64,000 nucleotides of DNA from Eledone cirrhosa (Eukaryota), in NCBI GenBank assembly GCA_964016885.1, contig OZ024747.1, forward strand, positions 38,688,001-38,752,000, written 5' to 3'. The position numbers and the translations under genes are program-made. Positions 1 to 13,518 of the stretch are shown piece after piece (positions within the stretch are counted from its first letter, which is position 1; every line of letters starts with the position of its first letter). The notes beneath the pieces were generated by a model. That model searched no databases and was not told where the DNA came from. It saw nothing but the letters and a program-made list of their open reading frames with translations.

Positions 1-135
1 ACTATCTGGTTGTGGAACCAACCAACCAACCAGAAATTTATAAATTTATAAATTTATTATAATAAATTGAAGTGAAAGCAACTGGTGCGTGTGTTTCTTA
101 TTGGCAACATGACCCTCCCAAAGTATAACAATATA

Positions 136-173
<38 letters not shown>

Positions 174-190
174 TTGGATTATTCAATGAT

Positions 191-1790
191 TTGGATTATT
201 CAATGAAAAATATACCCACTCCTTCCAACACAACTTACACCAAAATCCTCATAGATAAAATCGAACAAGTCGTTAAAAGAATGAGATGGAAGGCAATGGT
301 TCACGATGGACTATTCAGTGCTGATACTAAAGATTGTTTTGACATTAAATCCCGCAAATATCCACCTAGAATTAAAGACATGGCCAACTTCGAATTAGAC
401 CTCGTTAATATAATTAGTGATATCAAATTTTGTAAGTACAATAATAACTTTCAAACTAAACTTTCTAACGATATTTCTAATTTTAGAAATTCTACAAACA
501 CTTTCGTTCTTTCTGATAAAACTAAAAACCTCTTTGAAGTTAATAGTATTTTGTATAACCAACTTTTATCTAATAGTATTACCAATAAATATCAATTAAC
601 TACTAATAAACCTACAATACTATCAATAAAGAAGCTAAAGAACTAGCTAGTTCTTTACAAATAGATAACCGGATTGAAAGCTTAGCTAAGCGTAAAGCAT
701 ATATTACCTTAAAGACCATAAATTGAACTTTACTAATCGACCTAGTTGTAGACTGATTAACCCGGCTAAATCCGAGGTTGGCCTTGCAAGTAAGAAAATC
801 TTAAGAAAATAATTCTCCAAATTAGAACTAACACTGTCCTATCACAGTGGCTAAATACTTCCTCTGTTATTTCTTGGTTCAATAATATACACGGTAAAAA
901 TAAGTGTAGATTTACCCAATTTGATATTGTCGATTTTTACCCTTCTATTACTGTTTCCTTATTAACTAATGCCTTAGATTTTGCAAGACCCATCATTAAT
1001 ACCTCTAAATTAGAAGAGGACATTATCTTTCATGCTAGAAAAAATTTACTTTTTACTAATGATAATATTTGGGTTAAAAAGTCAAACCCTGAAAACTCTT
1101 TTGACGTTGCAATGGGTTCATATGACAGTGCGGATGTGTGTGACTTAGTAGGATTATTCCTTCTCCACACACTCAAAGAGAAATTTCCGTCCCATAATAT
1201 CGGTTTATACCGTGATGACGGATTAGCAGTTTCTCATACCACCAACGGCCATAATCTTGATAAATTCCGTAAAGATTTAATCAATACTTTTGCTAATCTT
1301 AACCTTAAAATTACGATAGATACGAACCTTACTAATGCTATCTTTCTTGATATTAATCTTGATCTACTTACTGCCTCTTTTAAACCCTATCATAAACCTA
1401 ATGAAAATCTTAGGTATATACACAAAGAGTCTTGCCATCCCCCTATAGTTTTTAATAATCTTATTCCTAACATTAGCCGTAGGATTTCTACCTTATCTTC
1501 GTCTATAGACTTTTTTAATAAAGCCGCCCCTTATTATAATAAAGCCCTTAAGAACAGCGGTTGTTTTACAGAAAAAATTTCTTATTTACCTACTCCTCCC
1601 CCCTAAAACTAACCATAATAACAGGAAAAGGAAGATTATTTGGTTCACACCCCCCTTCTCTCTAACTGTCAAAACTAATGGAGGAAGGAAATTCCTTGAA
1701 CTATTAGACAAACATTTTCCTCCTAATCATAGATATTATAAGATTTTTAATAGGAATATAGTTAAGATCAGCTACTCTTGTTGCCCATCT
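191..1790 (+). pseudogene. PLE reverse transcriptase, broken by frameshifts (around 620, 710, 810 and 1605)
   Basis: ORFs 191-646 and 1112-1606 plus the intervening frames; catalytic YRDDG at about 1207-1221; thumb motif KPYHKPN..YIHKESCHPP. Confidence 0.9.
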
Positions 1791-2309
1791 ATGAAGTCCA
1801 AAATCACCAGTTCAAACCGTACGAGAATAAATCCAGGATGCAGTTGCAGGAAGCCGGATGAATGCCCATTGCAGGGTAAATGTAACACAAAATCTGTCGT
1901 TTATGAGGCAAAGATAACGCCAGTAATCAACAACCAGCCAGCCAGGTGTGAGCGATATGTCGGTATGACCCAGGACAGGTTTAAAACCAGATTTTACTCA
2001 CATGTCGCTTCTTTTAAGCACTCCGATAAACGAACATCAACGGCCCTCGTAAGTAAGGTATGGGACCTCAAGGATAGTAACATCCCGTACTCTATTGATT
2101 GGTCTATATTAGACCATTCGAGGGAGTACCAAAGGGGCACAAAGAATTGTTCTTTGTGTACCACAGAAAAGTATAGAATTTTGCTAAACTTGAGAGCCAC
2201 TTCCGCTTGCCTTAACTCAAAGACTGAGATCTTCAGATGCTGTCCTCATCTGAAATCGCATCTGATCTGTAACTGGATTGCCACTCCTATGATAAATCAA
2301 CCGCCTTGA
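1791..2309 (+). CDS. GIY-YIG endonuclease domain of the PLE (C-terminal part of the disrupted ORF)
   Basis: CSCRKPDECPLQGKC..SVVYEA..RYVGMT..FKTRFYSH..F, WSIL, CSLCTTEK, LNSKTEIFRCCPH: VVY/YVG with conserved R, E, N and a Cys/His arrangement like Naiad PLEs. Confidence 0.88.
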   Translation: MKSKITSSNRTRINPGCSCRKPDECPLQGKCNTKSVVYEAKITPVINNQPARCERYVGMTQDRFKTRFYSHVASFKHSDKRTSTALVSKVWDLKDSNIPYSIDWSILDHSREYQRGTKNCSLCTTEKYRILLNLRATSACLNSKTEIFRCCPHLKSHLICNWIATPMINQPP

Positions 2310-2469
2310 ACTACTTCTCTGCTCTTTACTTCTGCTACGGTTTTTATTTTGCTGATTCTACGTTCTCTACTCTTGTATATTTAAAAAAAAAATGTTCTCC
2401 CTTACCTCCCCTTATATTTTACCTCCTATTATGCACCCCCCCATATATTCTTTTTGTTTTGCCCTTCAC

Positions 2470-3550
<1,081 letters not shown>

Positions 3551-3656
3551 TAGTTTTATTTTATTTTTCCTTTCCTTCTCCCTTCTCCAGCCTCACTTTC
3601 ATATAGATTGCATTTTTGTTTTTTAAAATCCAAATTCAATAAACAAACCAGGATTT

Positions 3657-3716
3657 TTTCATTCTGAGGATTGAAAGCAAAACCTTTTGCTTTTAAGAAA
3701 CCACTGGTAAATGGAA
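3657..3716 (+). ncRNA. Type I hammerhead ribozyme (PLE-type, minimal palindromic stem III)
   Basis: Stem I tttcatt/aatggaa; core CTGAGGA (3664-3670); stem II ttgaaagcaaaa-cc-ttttgcttttaa; GAAA (3697-3700); stem III a-cca-c-tgg-t; cleavage triplet GUA ending at 3709. Confidence 0.8.
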
Positions 3717-3818
3717 TAATTGCCTTATGTTGTTTATTACATAATAATAATAATTAATCTCTGTTGCCTACATAGAGCACTCTTTTTTCCTGGACTTTTC
3801 CGATGGACTTACTTCATT

Positions 3819-3850
<32 letters not shown>

Positions 3851-5964
3851 ATAAGGTTAACGGACCCACCATATTTATCAATGCCAGCACCGGTTGTATC
3901 TCAGCGCACTCAATGAGCAATGTAAGATACATTACCAGAGTATACACATAATTATTTGCCTCATGACAACACACATAAACGGGTGCCTATATATATATAT
4001 ATGTGTGTGTGTGTATATAGTAATAATAATAAATTTGATGACTAAAATCCAAAGAGGCCTCGATAAGGATAAATATATATCAAATATATAAGAACCCTAG
4101 AGAAAATATTTATTAAAATAACAGATTAAACTTTAATCGGCTATTTTAATAAATATATTTATATATATATATAGGAACGAGTAGGACCCCGATAGCTGAG
4201 CTCAAGCCGTTTCGACGGCTAATTCTGGACTAAGTATTGAGTACTTTGGTGCGTTATGGTCCACCTGGTTCCTTACCACATTTCCTTCGTTATATATATA
4301 TATATATATACATACATATACGAGTGTGGGCCATGCACATTAAAACACAAACAGAACAAAAAAATAATTGCACATTCACATGCATGCTGAGAATCCTCCG
4401 GGTATCTGAGGGAAAATACATGCAGCAACTACATCACACTACGGTTCAAACATGAGACATCACAATGAACATGCTGGCAAACTCCTTCTCTAAAAAATAG
4501 TTCAGGACATGTGTATATATGTATATCTCTTTCGTTGTATGTATCGATTGTAAAATTAAAATATATGGAGTATATTGTCTTCTACAGTTCTATATGTCAA
4601 ATATATCATATCTCATAACAGTGAAATGTTGTCTATAAATTTCTTTACGAGATAAATCAAATTTGATTCGCATTCTCTTAGCGCCAATGTCACTGACATT
4701 TATCTTAAATGCAATCAGATACTTAGAAATGTTCAACGTTAATGAAATACGCAAAATATGTTTGAAAGGAGACACCATTTTAAATCAATATGTTGAAAGC
4801 TAGAATATAAAACATTATTAAACAACCTATAGAATCGGTTCGTTTAAGACACGAAGTCGAATATTACAGAACTACCACATTCATAAAAAATACACTTCAT
4901 GTGAGAAGAAAATTCAAAGCTATATGAAAGTATCGTTGATACAACAGACATGTACAAAAGAAGGCAAGAGAAAAGAAAATACTGAATAACACCGTTGAGA
5001 AAACTAGATTAATATAGCCAAGTTTTCGAATATAGAAATAAGATGCCTACACTCATGATGAAACACAATACTGCTCCACTAATAATATAACTTATGGTGA
5101 TACAGAAATATAAATGTTTCTCCGGTTCACGTGTGGTATATTACAGACTTTGCAGAGAAGCATATTGACTTGGAGATTTGAATTCCGAATTTTGACGGAT
5201 TAAATAAGGTTAAAGCATGTATGTTCAAGATTTTTGCCAATCCAATTTAAATGAAATGAAGATTAGGAGCTTAATGGCATTAATTGCCATCGCAAAATGT
5301 TGCATTACATGACTTCCTTACTGCTTCACTGGCATAATGTTAAATTCAGATGTGCAGGGTTCCCCCCACGTTATTACTGTGCTTTAAGAAAATCACTTTT
5401 TCAAGATATTTCCTTTACACGTGCTGCATCAATGTATATATGCCTGATAAAGACAACTAGAAGCTCCATACCACGACAAAGGTTTTGACAAAGAACGGAT
5501 GCATAAGGATGGATAAATTAATGTTGAGGAGAATAATTAGCACAATATGATATCAACTCAAATTGTATGGTGCAATACGGCGCATCAAAGCTGAGTATAA
5601 GAAGAGGGCAGCTGCACACACAATGATAACAGGGAAAACTTTATAAACTCTCATTTAATTAAAGGAAACGCAAATCAAATAGTAAAACCATCGAATATTT
5701 GAAAGTACGGCACAGGCAAACAATTGGGTAAAACGGAGTTACCACGATTAGAGAATGTGATTAACTGTAAACATGTCTATGTAACATGAGAACTGAGTGT
5801 GTAATTCATGTAGTTTGCTTTGAAATTCAACGTAGGTGCATGTTGCATGTTGCATGTACTTGTGGTTCCTCTTCACAATAGCTACAGAATAATTATCATC
5901 ATAGAATTATCACCATAGAAACATATTTCAAGATAATTAAGAAGGTATTATAATCAAATAATAT

Positions 5965-5965
5965 A

Positions 5966-6011
<46 letters not shown>
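5965..6011 (+). repeat. (AAT)n tract, left edge of the retrotransposon array
   Basis: Direct. Further (AAT)n spacers lie at 9787-9837, 15718-15747, 17734-17785, 20511-20540, 20726-20743, 24525-24552 (degenerate) and 30347-30366. Confidence 0.95.
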
Positions 6012-9000
6012 GAAAATAAGAATGAAGAGAGAAGCAAGCGGACGGACAGAGAAGAGGGGGGAAAAAGTAAAACTTAAAAAACAAAAACTAAGTCAGACAT
6101 TCGAATACTACATTACAATGAAACTTATGCTTATTCATTTTTGGGGCCCTTTCTGCCCGTGTGTTTGTTTGTTTATGTGTGTTCGTATACAGCGTGGTGA
6201 TAATGCCACACAAGGGCCAAGTGGGATGGCGGATCCACAGATGGCTATGTAAACATACATTCGCCAATCCTCGATAAGAGTGTTTAAACATCGAACATAA
6301 ACAGTTCGAATAACGGTGAAATGGAGACTAGAACGTCATGTGACAGACTCTCACCCAACAGGTGCCCCCTGGCTCAGCAGCAGGAACCTGACTGTCAACC
6401 AAATACTGCTCATGTTGGAGGAAGAAGAAGAAGGAAAGGGGCCAGAACCAACTGGACGAAAGAATTGAATAGAACTGTTATGCAATGCTACCTGAAAAGT
6501 AACCCCAAGGAGAGGGGCTACAGGAGACGGATGCATAACATCTGGAACGAGATTGGTTTATTTAAATTAGATGAACAAAAATTGGCCGGGCAGGCTCGGG
6601 TAATAAGAACTAATGGGTAGATAAGCGAGCTGGAACTGGAGGAACTGAGCAGAGAGAATGGCTTGGAGATGGCGGGTGTAGTATGCCAGACAAGCGAGCC
6701 GGCGGGAAATGAAGGTGAGGAGGTCCTGAGAACGGAGGAACCACCCGAAGCAGACAATGATCTGAATACTGAGATAAATAATACCTGGAACAGAGATACG
6801 GCCACTGAGGAGATGAATGCTGACGGGCTAGGACAAGATTCGGTTGACATCCTAAATTTAGTGGTAGATGAGTTGAACAATGATAGTGGGAGACCTATGA
6901 ACCTAAGATTTGTAGACAGGAAAAAGTTAAAAGAAACAACAGCTAAGGTAAACAAAGTCATCCCATACCTTGAGGCGAGGAGTCTTCACCAGTGCAACAA
7001 TAGCCTCAAAGCAACAGCAAATACGGTGAGGAAACTACTAGGTATAAAAGCGAGAGGAAACAACAGACAAGAAAGAGCAGAGCCGTGGTGGAAGAAGCGA
7101 CTGAGTGGGCAAATCGGGGAAATGAGAAATGACATAGGAAAGCTTGAGTCACTACTGAATGGGACACTAAAAAACATAGGCACTAAAAATAGACTGGAAA
7201 TAAAATACAAAACTAGGAGTAAAATGCTAAATATTATCATAGAGGAATTGAAGCAACGCATTGTAGCAAAGAGTGCCAAAATTAGGCGATACGAGAACAG
7301 AGTCAGTCAGTATAAACAGAACCGCATGTTCGACAACAACCAGAAGATGCTGTTTGGACAGCTTGAGGGGAAAGAAAGAGGCAACGACTTGATCCCTGGG
7401 GCGGAACAAGCTAAAACATTCTGGAGAGGAATATGGGAGCAGGATGTTAGACACAATGCCCAGGCAGGGTGGATTGAGACAGTACAGAGGGAGATCGGTG
7501 AGCAGGCACAACAACAGACTGATTTGAGTATCACAGTTGAAACTCTTAAGGGGCAAGCCAAAAAACTAACCAACTGGAAATCACCAGGCCCAGATGGTGT
7601 GCAGGGGTATTGGATTAAACATTTAACATCCCTCCACCCGAAGCTGACGGCCATGTTCAATGACTGCTTGGTGTCGGGTGAGGTGCCAGAGTGGTTGACA
7701 AAAGGTACCACAGTTCTGATAATGAAAGACCGAATCAAGGGTAATGATGTTACCAACTATAGACCTATCACATGTCTGCCAGTAATGTGGAAACTGTTGA
7801 CGAGCATTGTGTCTGAGGAAATCTACCATCACCTCCACACAAACAACTTGTTACCGGACGAACAGAAAGGATGCCGAAAGAAGTCACGTGGTACAAAGGA
7901 CCAGTTGCTTATTGATAAGATGGTAATGGGGAATTGCAGGAGGAGACACACTGATCTTGCCATGGGATGGATAGACTACAGAAAGGCATTTGACATGGTG
8001 CCTCATTCCTGGATCACCAAAAGCCTGGAGATCTTCAGGGTGGCAGATAACATCAGACAGTTGCTGGACAGGAGTATGGGGTCCTGGGAGACAGAGTTGA
8101 CATCAACTGGAGTATCCTTGGGAAGCGTGAAGATCAAGAGAGGTATCTTCCAGGGAGATAGCCTGTCCCCTCTGTTGTTTGTCCTTGCCCTGATGCCCTT
8201 GACCATTATGCTGCGAAAAGTGAGAGCAGGATACAAGTTGGGAAGGGGAGAGCTTACCATCAATCACCTCCTCTTCATGGACGATCTTAAGCTCTTCGGG
8301 AAAAGTGAGAAGGAGTTGGATGTGCTTGTTGACACTGTCCGTATTTTCAGCAGTGATATATGTATGCAGTTTGGTATTGGTAAATGTGGAGTCATTGTGA
8401 TGAAGAGGGGTAGGTTGAGCAGAAGTAACGGGATCCAGATACCAACAGGTGAGATGATAAAGGAAATTGACTCTGAGGAAGGTTACAAGTATTTGGGCGT
8501 TCTGGAGGCTGATGGCATAAAGAACAAAAAATGAAGGAATTGTTAAGAACTGAATACATTCGGAGAGTAAGGAGCGTATTGAAGTCACATCTGAACAGCA
8601 GAAATGCCATAAGCGCAGTAAATTCCCGAGCTGTGTCTATTATTAGGTACAGTGCGGGAATTCTGAGATGGAATGTTGCTGAACAAAAAGAAATGGATAG
8701 GAAGACTAGGAAGATATTGACTATCTACAACATGTTCCACAAGAGGAGTGATGTCGATAGACTCTACCTAAGGAGATCTGAGGGTGGAAGAGGTCTTATC
8801 AGCATAGAGGACTGTGTTCAGATGGAGAAAAACAACCTATACAAATACGTGACCTATAGTAAGGAGCCAATGCTCAGAGCTGCACTGAAGGAGGGGACAG
8901 TAGGCCAGGGGATATCCAAGGAGGAAATAACATCAAGGAGGAAGAGCAGCCTTAAGGGAAAATCCCTTCATAGTACCTTCTTTGAGAAAACTGAATTTAG

Positions 9001-9786
9001 AGATCCACAGACATGGAACTGGTTGAGAAGAGGAGACCTCAAAAAGGCTACAGAAGGAATGCTAATGGCTGCGCAGGAGCAGGCCCTCAAAACGAAGTGG
9101 TTGAAGCACCATATCTACAAGGAGGAGGCTAGCCCACTGTGCAGGATCTGTGGAGAGAGAGAGGAGACTGTGGCTCACATTGTGTCCGAGTGTAAACACC
9201 TAGCCCAGACCCACTATAAGGGCTGGAGACACGATGTGATGGGCAGGGTGATCCACTGGCACCTGTGCAAAGTAAACAATCTACCACATTCTGAGAAATG
9301 GTATGAGCATAGGCCAGAGGCGGTGATGGAGAACAGTCAGGTGAAGGTGCTGTGGGGTTTTAGGATACAGACGGACAAAAAACTGGAACACAATAGACCT
9401 GACCTGGTGGTTGTGGACAAAGAAAAAAGATCGTGCCTGATTGTGGATGTGGCCTGCCCGTTCGACACGAGAGTGCAAGAGAAGGAGAGGGAGAAAATTA
9501 ACCGATACCAGGACCTAAAGTGGGAGGTGAAAAGGATTTGGAACTGCCATGAAGTCAAAGTGATCCCGATTGTCATAGGCGCACTGGGGACTATCTCCAA
9601 AGGTTTCCAGGGATGGTTAAAGAAAATCGGCCCCTTCACGCTTTTTGGAACGCTTCAAAAAGCATGCTTGCTTGGAACAGCAAGAACCCTCCGATACGTC
9701 CTGAATATCTGAGGCTGCAGGTAGTTGCTTGATATTCAATCCAACGGACTTTCCAGTTAACCAACATCAATGACTGAGATTCAAGG
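6012..9786 (+). mobile_element. R4/Dong-type non-LTR retrotransposon (RT + CCHC + restriction-like endonuclease), probably full length, copy 1
   Basis: Single ORF 6321-9712 with an internal TAG (6618-6620) and a frameshift in an A-run (about 8526-8531). Motifs WKSPGPDG, NYRPITCL, DYRKAFD, QGDSLSP, FMDDLK, CRIC..ETVAHIVSEC, RHD, RPDLVV, DVACP and EK..RYQDL. Flanked by (AAT)n, the known Dong target. Confidence 0.92.
6321..9712 (+). pseudogene. Dong-like RT-RLE polyprotein (one stop, one frameshift)
   Basis: Joins ORF track pieces 6321-6620, 6663-8534 and 8531-9712. Copy 2 is in frame across the 8530 site. Confidence 0.9.
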
Positions 9787-10086
9787 AATAACAATAACAA
9801 TAATAATGATAATAATAATAATAATAATAATAATAATGTTTTCTTTATTAACCACAAGGGTTTACATAAAGTAGACATTAAGGACAGTACAGGACAATAC
9901 AGGACGGTACAAATGGGCATTTCTGCGTGTAAAAAAATCAGAGGATGTAATAAAATAACAAAGAAAGATTCCCCAATAGGGGGGGGGGGAGACTTCAGAG
10001 GGACATTTGTGGAGAAAGCCCATTAAAATCCCACAGTGACCCTCACCACCAGAGCAAATGCCCTCTCCCAGTTTTCCACCTTTAAT

Positions 10087-13000
10087 TTACAGACACATAC
10101 TCAGAGTATTCATTCGGGCCATACTTGCTTCTCTCACCCATCTTTCAACAAAATGCTGGGAAGAGAGCACTTCCCTCTCTACCCTGATTTTCCTTTTCAA
10201 ATGAAATTTGAAAAAGTTAATCAGGGCATCACCGAAGAGGTAAGTGCTCGTCTTCAGCCCTTTCAAACGTGTCCACCATACTATCTCTTTCGCCATGGCC
10301 ACCAGACAGATAAAAGCTGCCTGCCCTTCCCGGCTAAAGGAAGAGGGCGGGGCAATCCTCACGATGGACTCAGCTGATAGCTGGATCCGTCCTACACGTG
10401 ACAGCAGGTGCTCGACATAAACCCACAAGTCAACAATGCTCGGACACTGGACGAGTGCGTGCAGGACGGTTTCGTCGCCCTGCGCGCATCTCGGTCATGC
10501 CCGACTGACGGCACCTCCATGCCTGTAGAGTTTATCCCGAACTGGCAAAGCTCCCCGGTAGCACTGTCAGGCAAGGGATTTCTGGAAGTTGTCCATAGGC
10601 CCCGGCTCGAAAGTCCTTCCGAAGACATTGGCTAGTTAATTTTCGTCGACGCCTAGAGTTTCTCCAAGTACGTCGTCGCTCTTCCCCTCCACTAATCCTC
10701 TATAGAACACCGATCACATTGCCTGATTAGTCGAGGGCTGTGAGCGCCTGAACACATTTCAGTCTCCAAGCGCTCCCTCTCGGGGTCGCTTGACCCAAGG
10801 AGACGAGCTCCGTCAAGGAGACGAGCTGGGGAAAGACCTGTCTAGCAAACGGCGACCACACCTGATCACCGTCGAGGAAAAGGTGGAGATGTCGTAGCCT
10901 GAGCGCGTGTCTGCGTATCATCAGCCACGGCATATCCAGCCCTCCACGTAGAGGGTGTTGACAGCAAATGGACCGCCTGACCATCGGAGCGCGTCCCTTC
11001 CACAAAAAGCGAAAGAGCAACCGCTCCAGCGCAGTCAGGCGGGGCTTAGGACAAGGTACGATGGTCAGGCGGTAGTAGATGACGGACGCGATGTACGCGT
11101 TAGCCACCTCCGCTCGACCTTTCAGGGAGAGCTTCCTCTCGGCCCATTTGTGGGTGAGAGAACCACCCTGCTAGTCACCTCGTCCCAGTTTTTGTCCGTC
11201 TGGAGGTCCGGACCGAACCGGACCCCTAGCAATTTAACCGGTCCGTCCGTCCAGCGCCCGACGACGCTGTTGGACGGCATGGACCTGCCTCTCCAGGTGC
11301 CGAGCTGCAGGCCCACTGACTTTTCCTGCTTGATCATTGCTCCTGTCACTGCTTCGTATTTTCTTAGTGTAGTGCCGATAGCCTCGATGTGTTTGGCGTT
11401 CGACACCACTACGGTGACATCGTCCGCATATGCTGACACGGATCTTCCGCATCGTAGTTCGCGCGGGACCCCCCTCACCGTCTCCAGTTTGTGTAGTAAT
11501 GGCTCGAGAGTCAATACGTACAAGAGGGACGAGAGGGGACATCCTTGGCGGACCGAGCGCATAATGTTGAACGGTTCCGAAAGGTGACCGTTCACTCTCA
11601 CCACAGAGCAGATGTCGCTGTGCATGGCAGCGATCCAGCCTCTGAAGATGGGCCCAAAGAAGCCGCCCTCAGGACTGCCGCTAGGTAACGATGGTCGACC
11701 CTATCGAAGGCTTTCGACTGATCTAAATTGATCAAAGACCCACCCGTGCCAGGTTCCCTAGCTACACTCTCTACGATGTATCGCATGAGGTGGAGGTTGT
11801 CGTGGATGGATCTGTCGGGAATGGCGCATGTCTGAGTTTCTGCAACCAGACCACCAACGACAAGCGCCAACCTCTTTGCTAGCACCTTGGTCAAAATCTT
11901 GAACTCTGTGTTTAGCAGAGTTATGGGCCTAAAATTATCTATGTTATCCCCCCCGTTCGTTCCTTTCTCAGCAGCGTCACGGCTTCTCGGCTCACAGAGC
12001 TTGGAATTCTCCCGTTCTGTTGCCAGTTGCAGTAGACGTCCGCCAAGAGGCATCCGAACAAGTATGGCATCTGCACGTAAAGTTCATAGGGCAGACCATC
12101 CAAACAAGGCGATTTACCCCTTGTGCAGCCAGTCATTGCCTCCCATATTTCAGCTGCTGTTATCGGCTTTTCGCAACACTCCGCCTCAGTGGCCGAGAGC
12201 CGCGGCAGTGGGTCTAGGTAGACACTAAAGTCCATCCTTCGATCCGGCCCGCCGCTGCCCCCGAACAGTTGAACGAAGTGTTGCTGAAAAGCTTCACACA
12301 TTTGCCCGGGATCGAGTAGCATGCGCCCGTCGTGGTCCACCAAAGACCGGATCGTGGCTTTGTTGCCACGACGCGCCTCCGCCACTCGGGCCCATTGAAC
12401 GGCTTTCGTGCCCTCGTGTCTGAGAGCACGCACCCTAGCTCTGACAACGCAGCCTTCGTGCTTTGCATTGAAGAATTGGTCAAGGGCCAATTTCGCCGCA
12501 AGTACGTCGGTCGCAATGCCTTTGCCAAGCGCCTCGTCTAATTTTCTAACTAATTCTCCCTCTGCTCTATTTTTCTCTATTGCTAAAGCCTTACTAAACC
12601 TAATGGACTCTATTCTAATTGCTCTTTTCAGAGCAAACCACCACTTGTTGTTGACGATGGCCCCCGTCAACGCCCGCTTAACTAGTTCACTAATCCGGTC
12701 TCTGTAGGCCTTGCGCTCTGGTAAGGACGCGTTTAGCTTCCAGTAGCCGAGTCCTCGTCTATGAAGCCTATCTAAGTCAAGCACACAGCTCACGAATTTG
12801 TGGTCCGTGTAGCTGACTATCTTGAATTGTGGACAGCCTATGCTAGACCTATCTATTTCCCTACAAAATACTCTATCTAGATATGATCTGGATGACCATA
12901 TGCGATTTGTCCAAGTCCACATTGGCACATTCTTGAAATCCAATCGGTACCTGTCAGACAGTTCAAAACGCCTGATCAGGTTGGTGAGGCTCTTGCACAC

Positions 13001-13480
13001 TCCTCCTCTATCCACTAATCCCACACAATCCCAGCATGCATCTAAGATCCCGTTCCAGTCGCCCACTAACACTAAAGAGCGGGACGTTCCAAGAAAGGTC
13101 TCCAGACGCCGGAAGAAATCAGGCCGCCCTGCTTCTGTCGGGGCATAGACGGCCACTAACCTGAAAGCTTGCCCGTCACCGCTGGTCACGTCCAGCACCA
13201 CCAACTTACCTTCTGGGTCCAGGAAAATGGCCCGTATGGCAAGATCCAAACCTCTCTGAAAAAGCACAGCAACTCCTCCTCCCGATCCCGGACGACTGGG
13301 AGATGCGTACACATCGTAGCCGCCGAAGATTGGTGCGAAGGACCGTGCTTCGGCGATTCTGGTCTCGGTGATGGCCACTACATCTATGTTTAGTGACATG
13401 AGGTCGTTGATCAGGTGGACCTGCTTCCATGACGACCCCAAGCCACGCGCATTTATGCTGCCTATTCTGAGTGAGGTCAT
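10087..13480 (-). pseudogene. Tx1-like ORF2 (APE endonuclease + RT), frameshifted
   Basis: ORF pieces 11939-13480, 11598-12053, 11122-11625, 10727-11107 and 10087-10428. Confidence 0.9.
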
Positions 13481-13518
13481 GTTGAAAAGGAGTGGAAAAG
13501 ATGGGAAAGACCACTTAC

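Noticed and set aside
191-2309. Selenoprotein-type Naiad (in-frame UGA plus SECIS)
   Set aside because: The conserved Cys positions I checked (CRLINP, SYSC, the endonuclease Cys clusters) use TGT/TGC; the breaks are frameshifts rather than UGA codons.
4106-4156. AT-rich hairpin atatttattaaaata/tattttaataaatat
   Set aside because: It is short and extremely AT-rich, with no second copy in the window to support a function.
6190-6322. HDV-like ribozyme in the Dong 5'UTR
   Set aside because: Hairpins and a tcctcg motif are present, but I could not place the P1.1 GG or the catalytic C in J4/2. A covariance-model search is needed.
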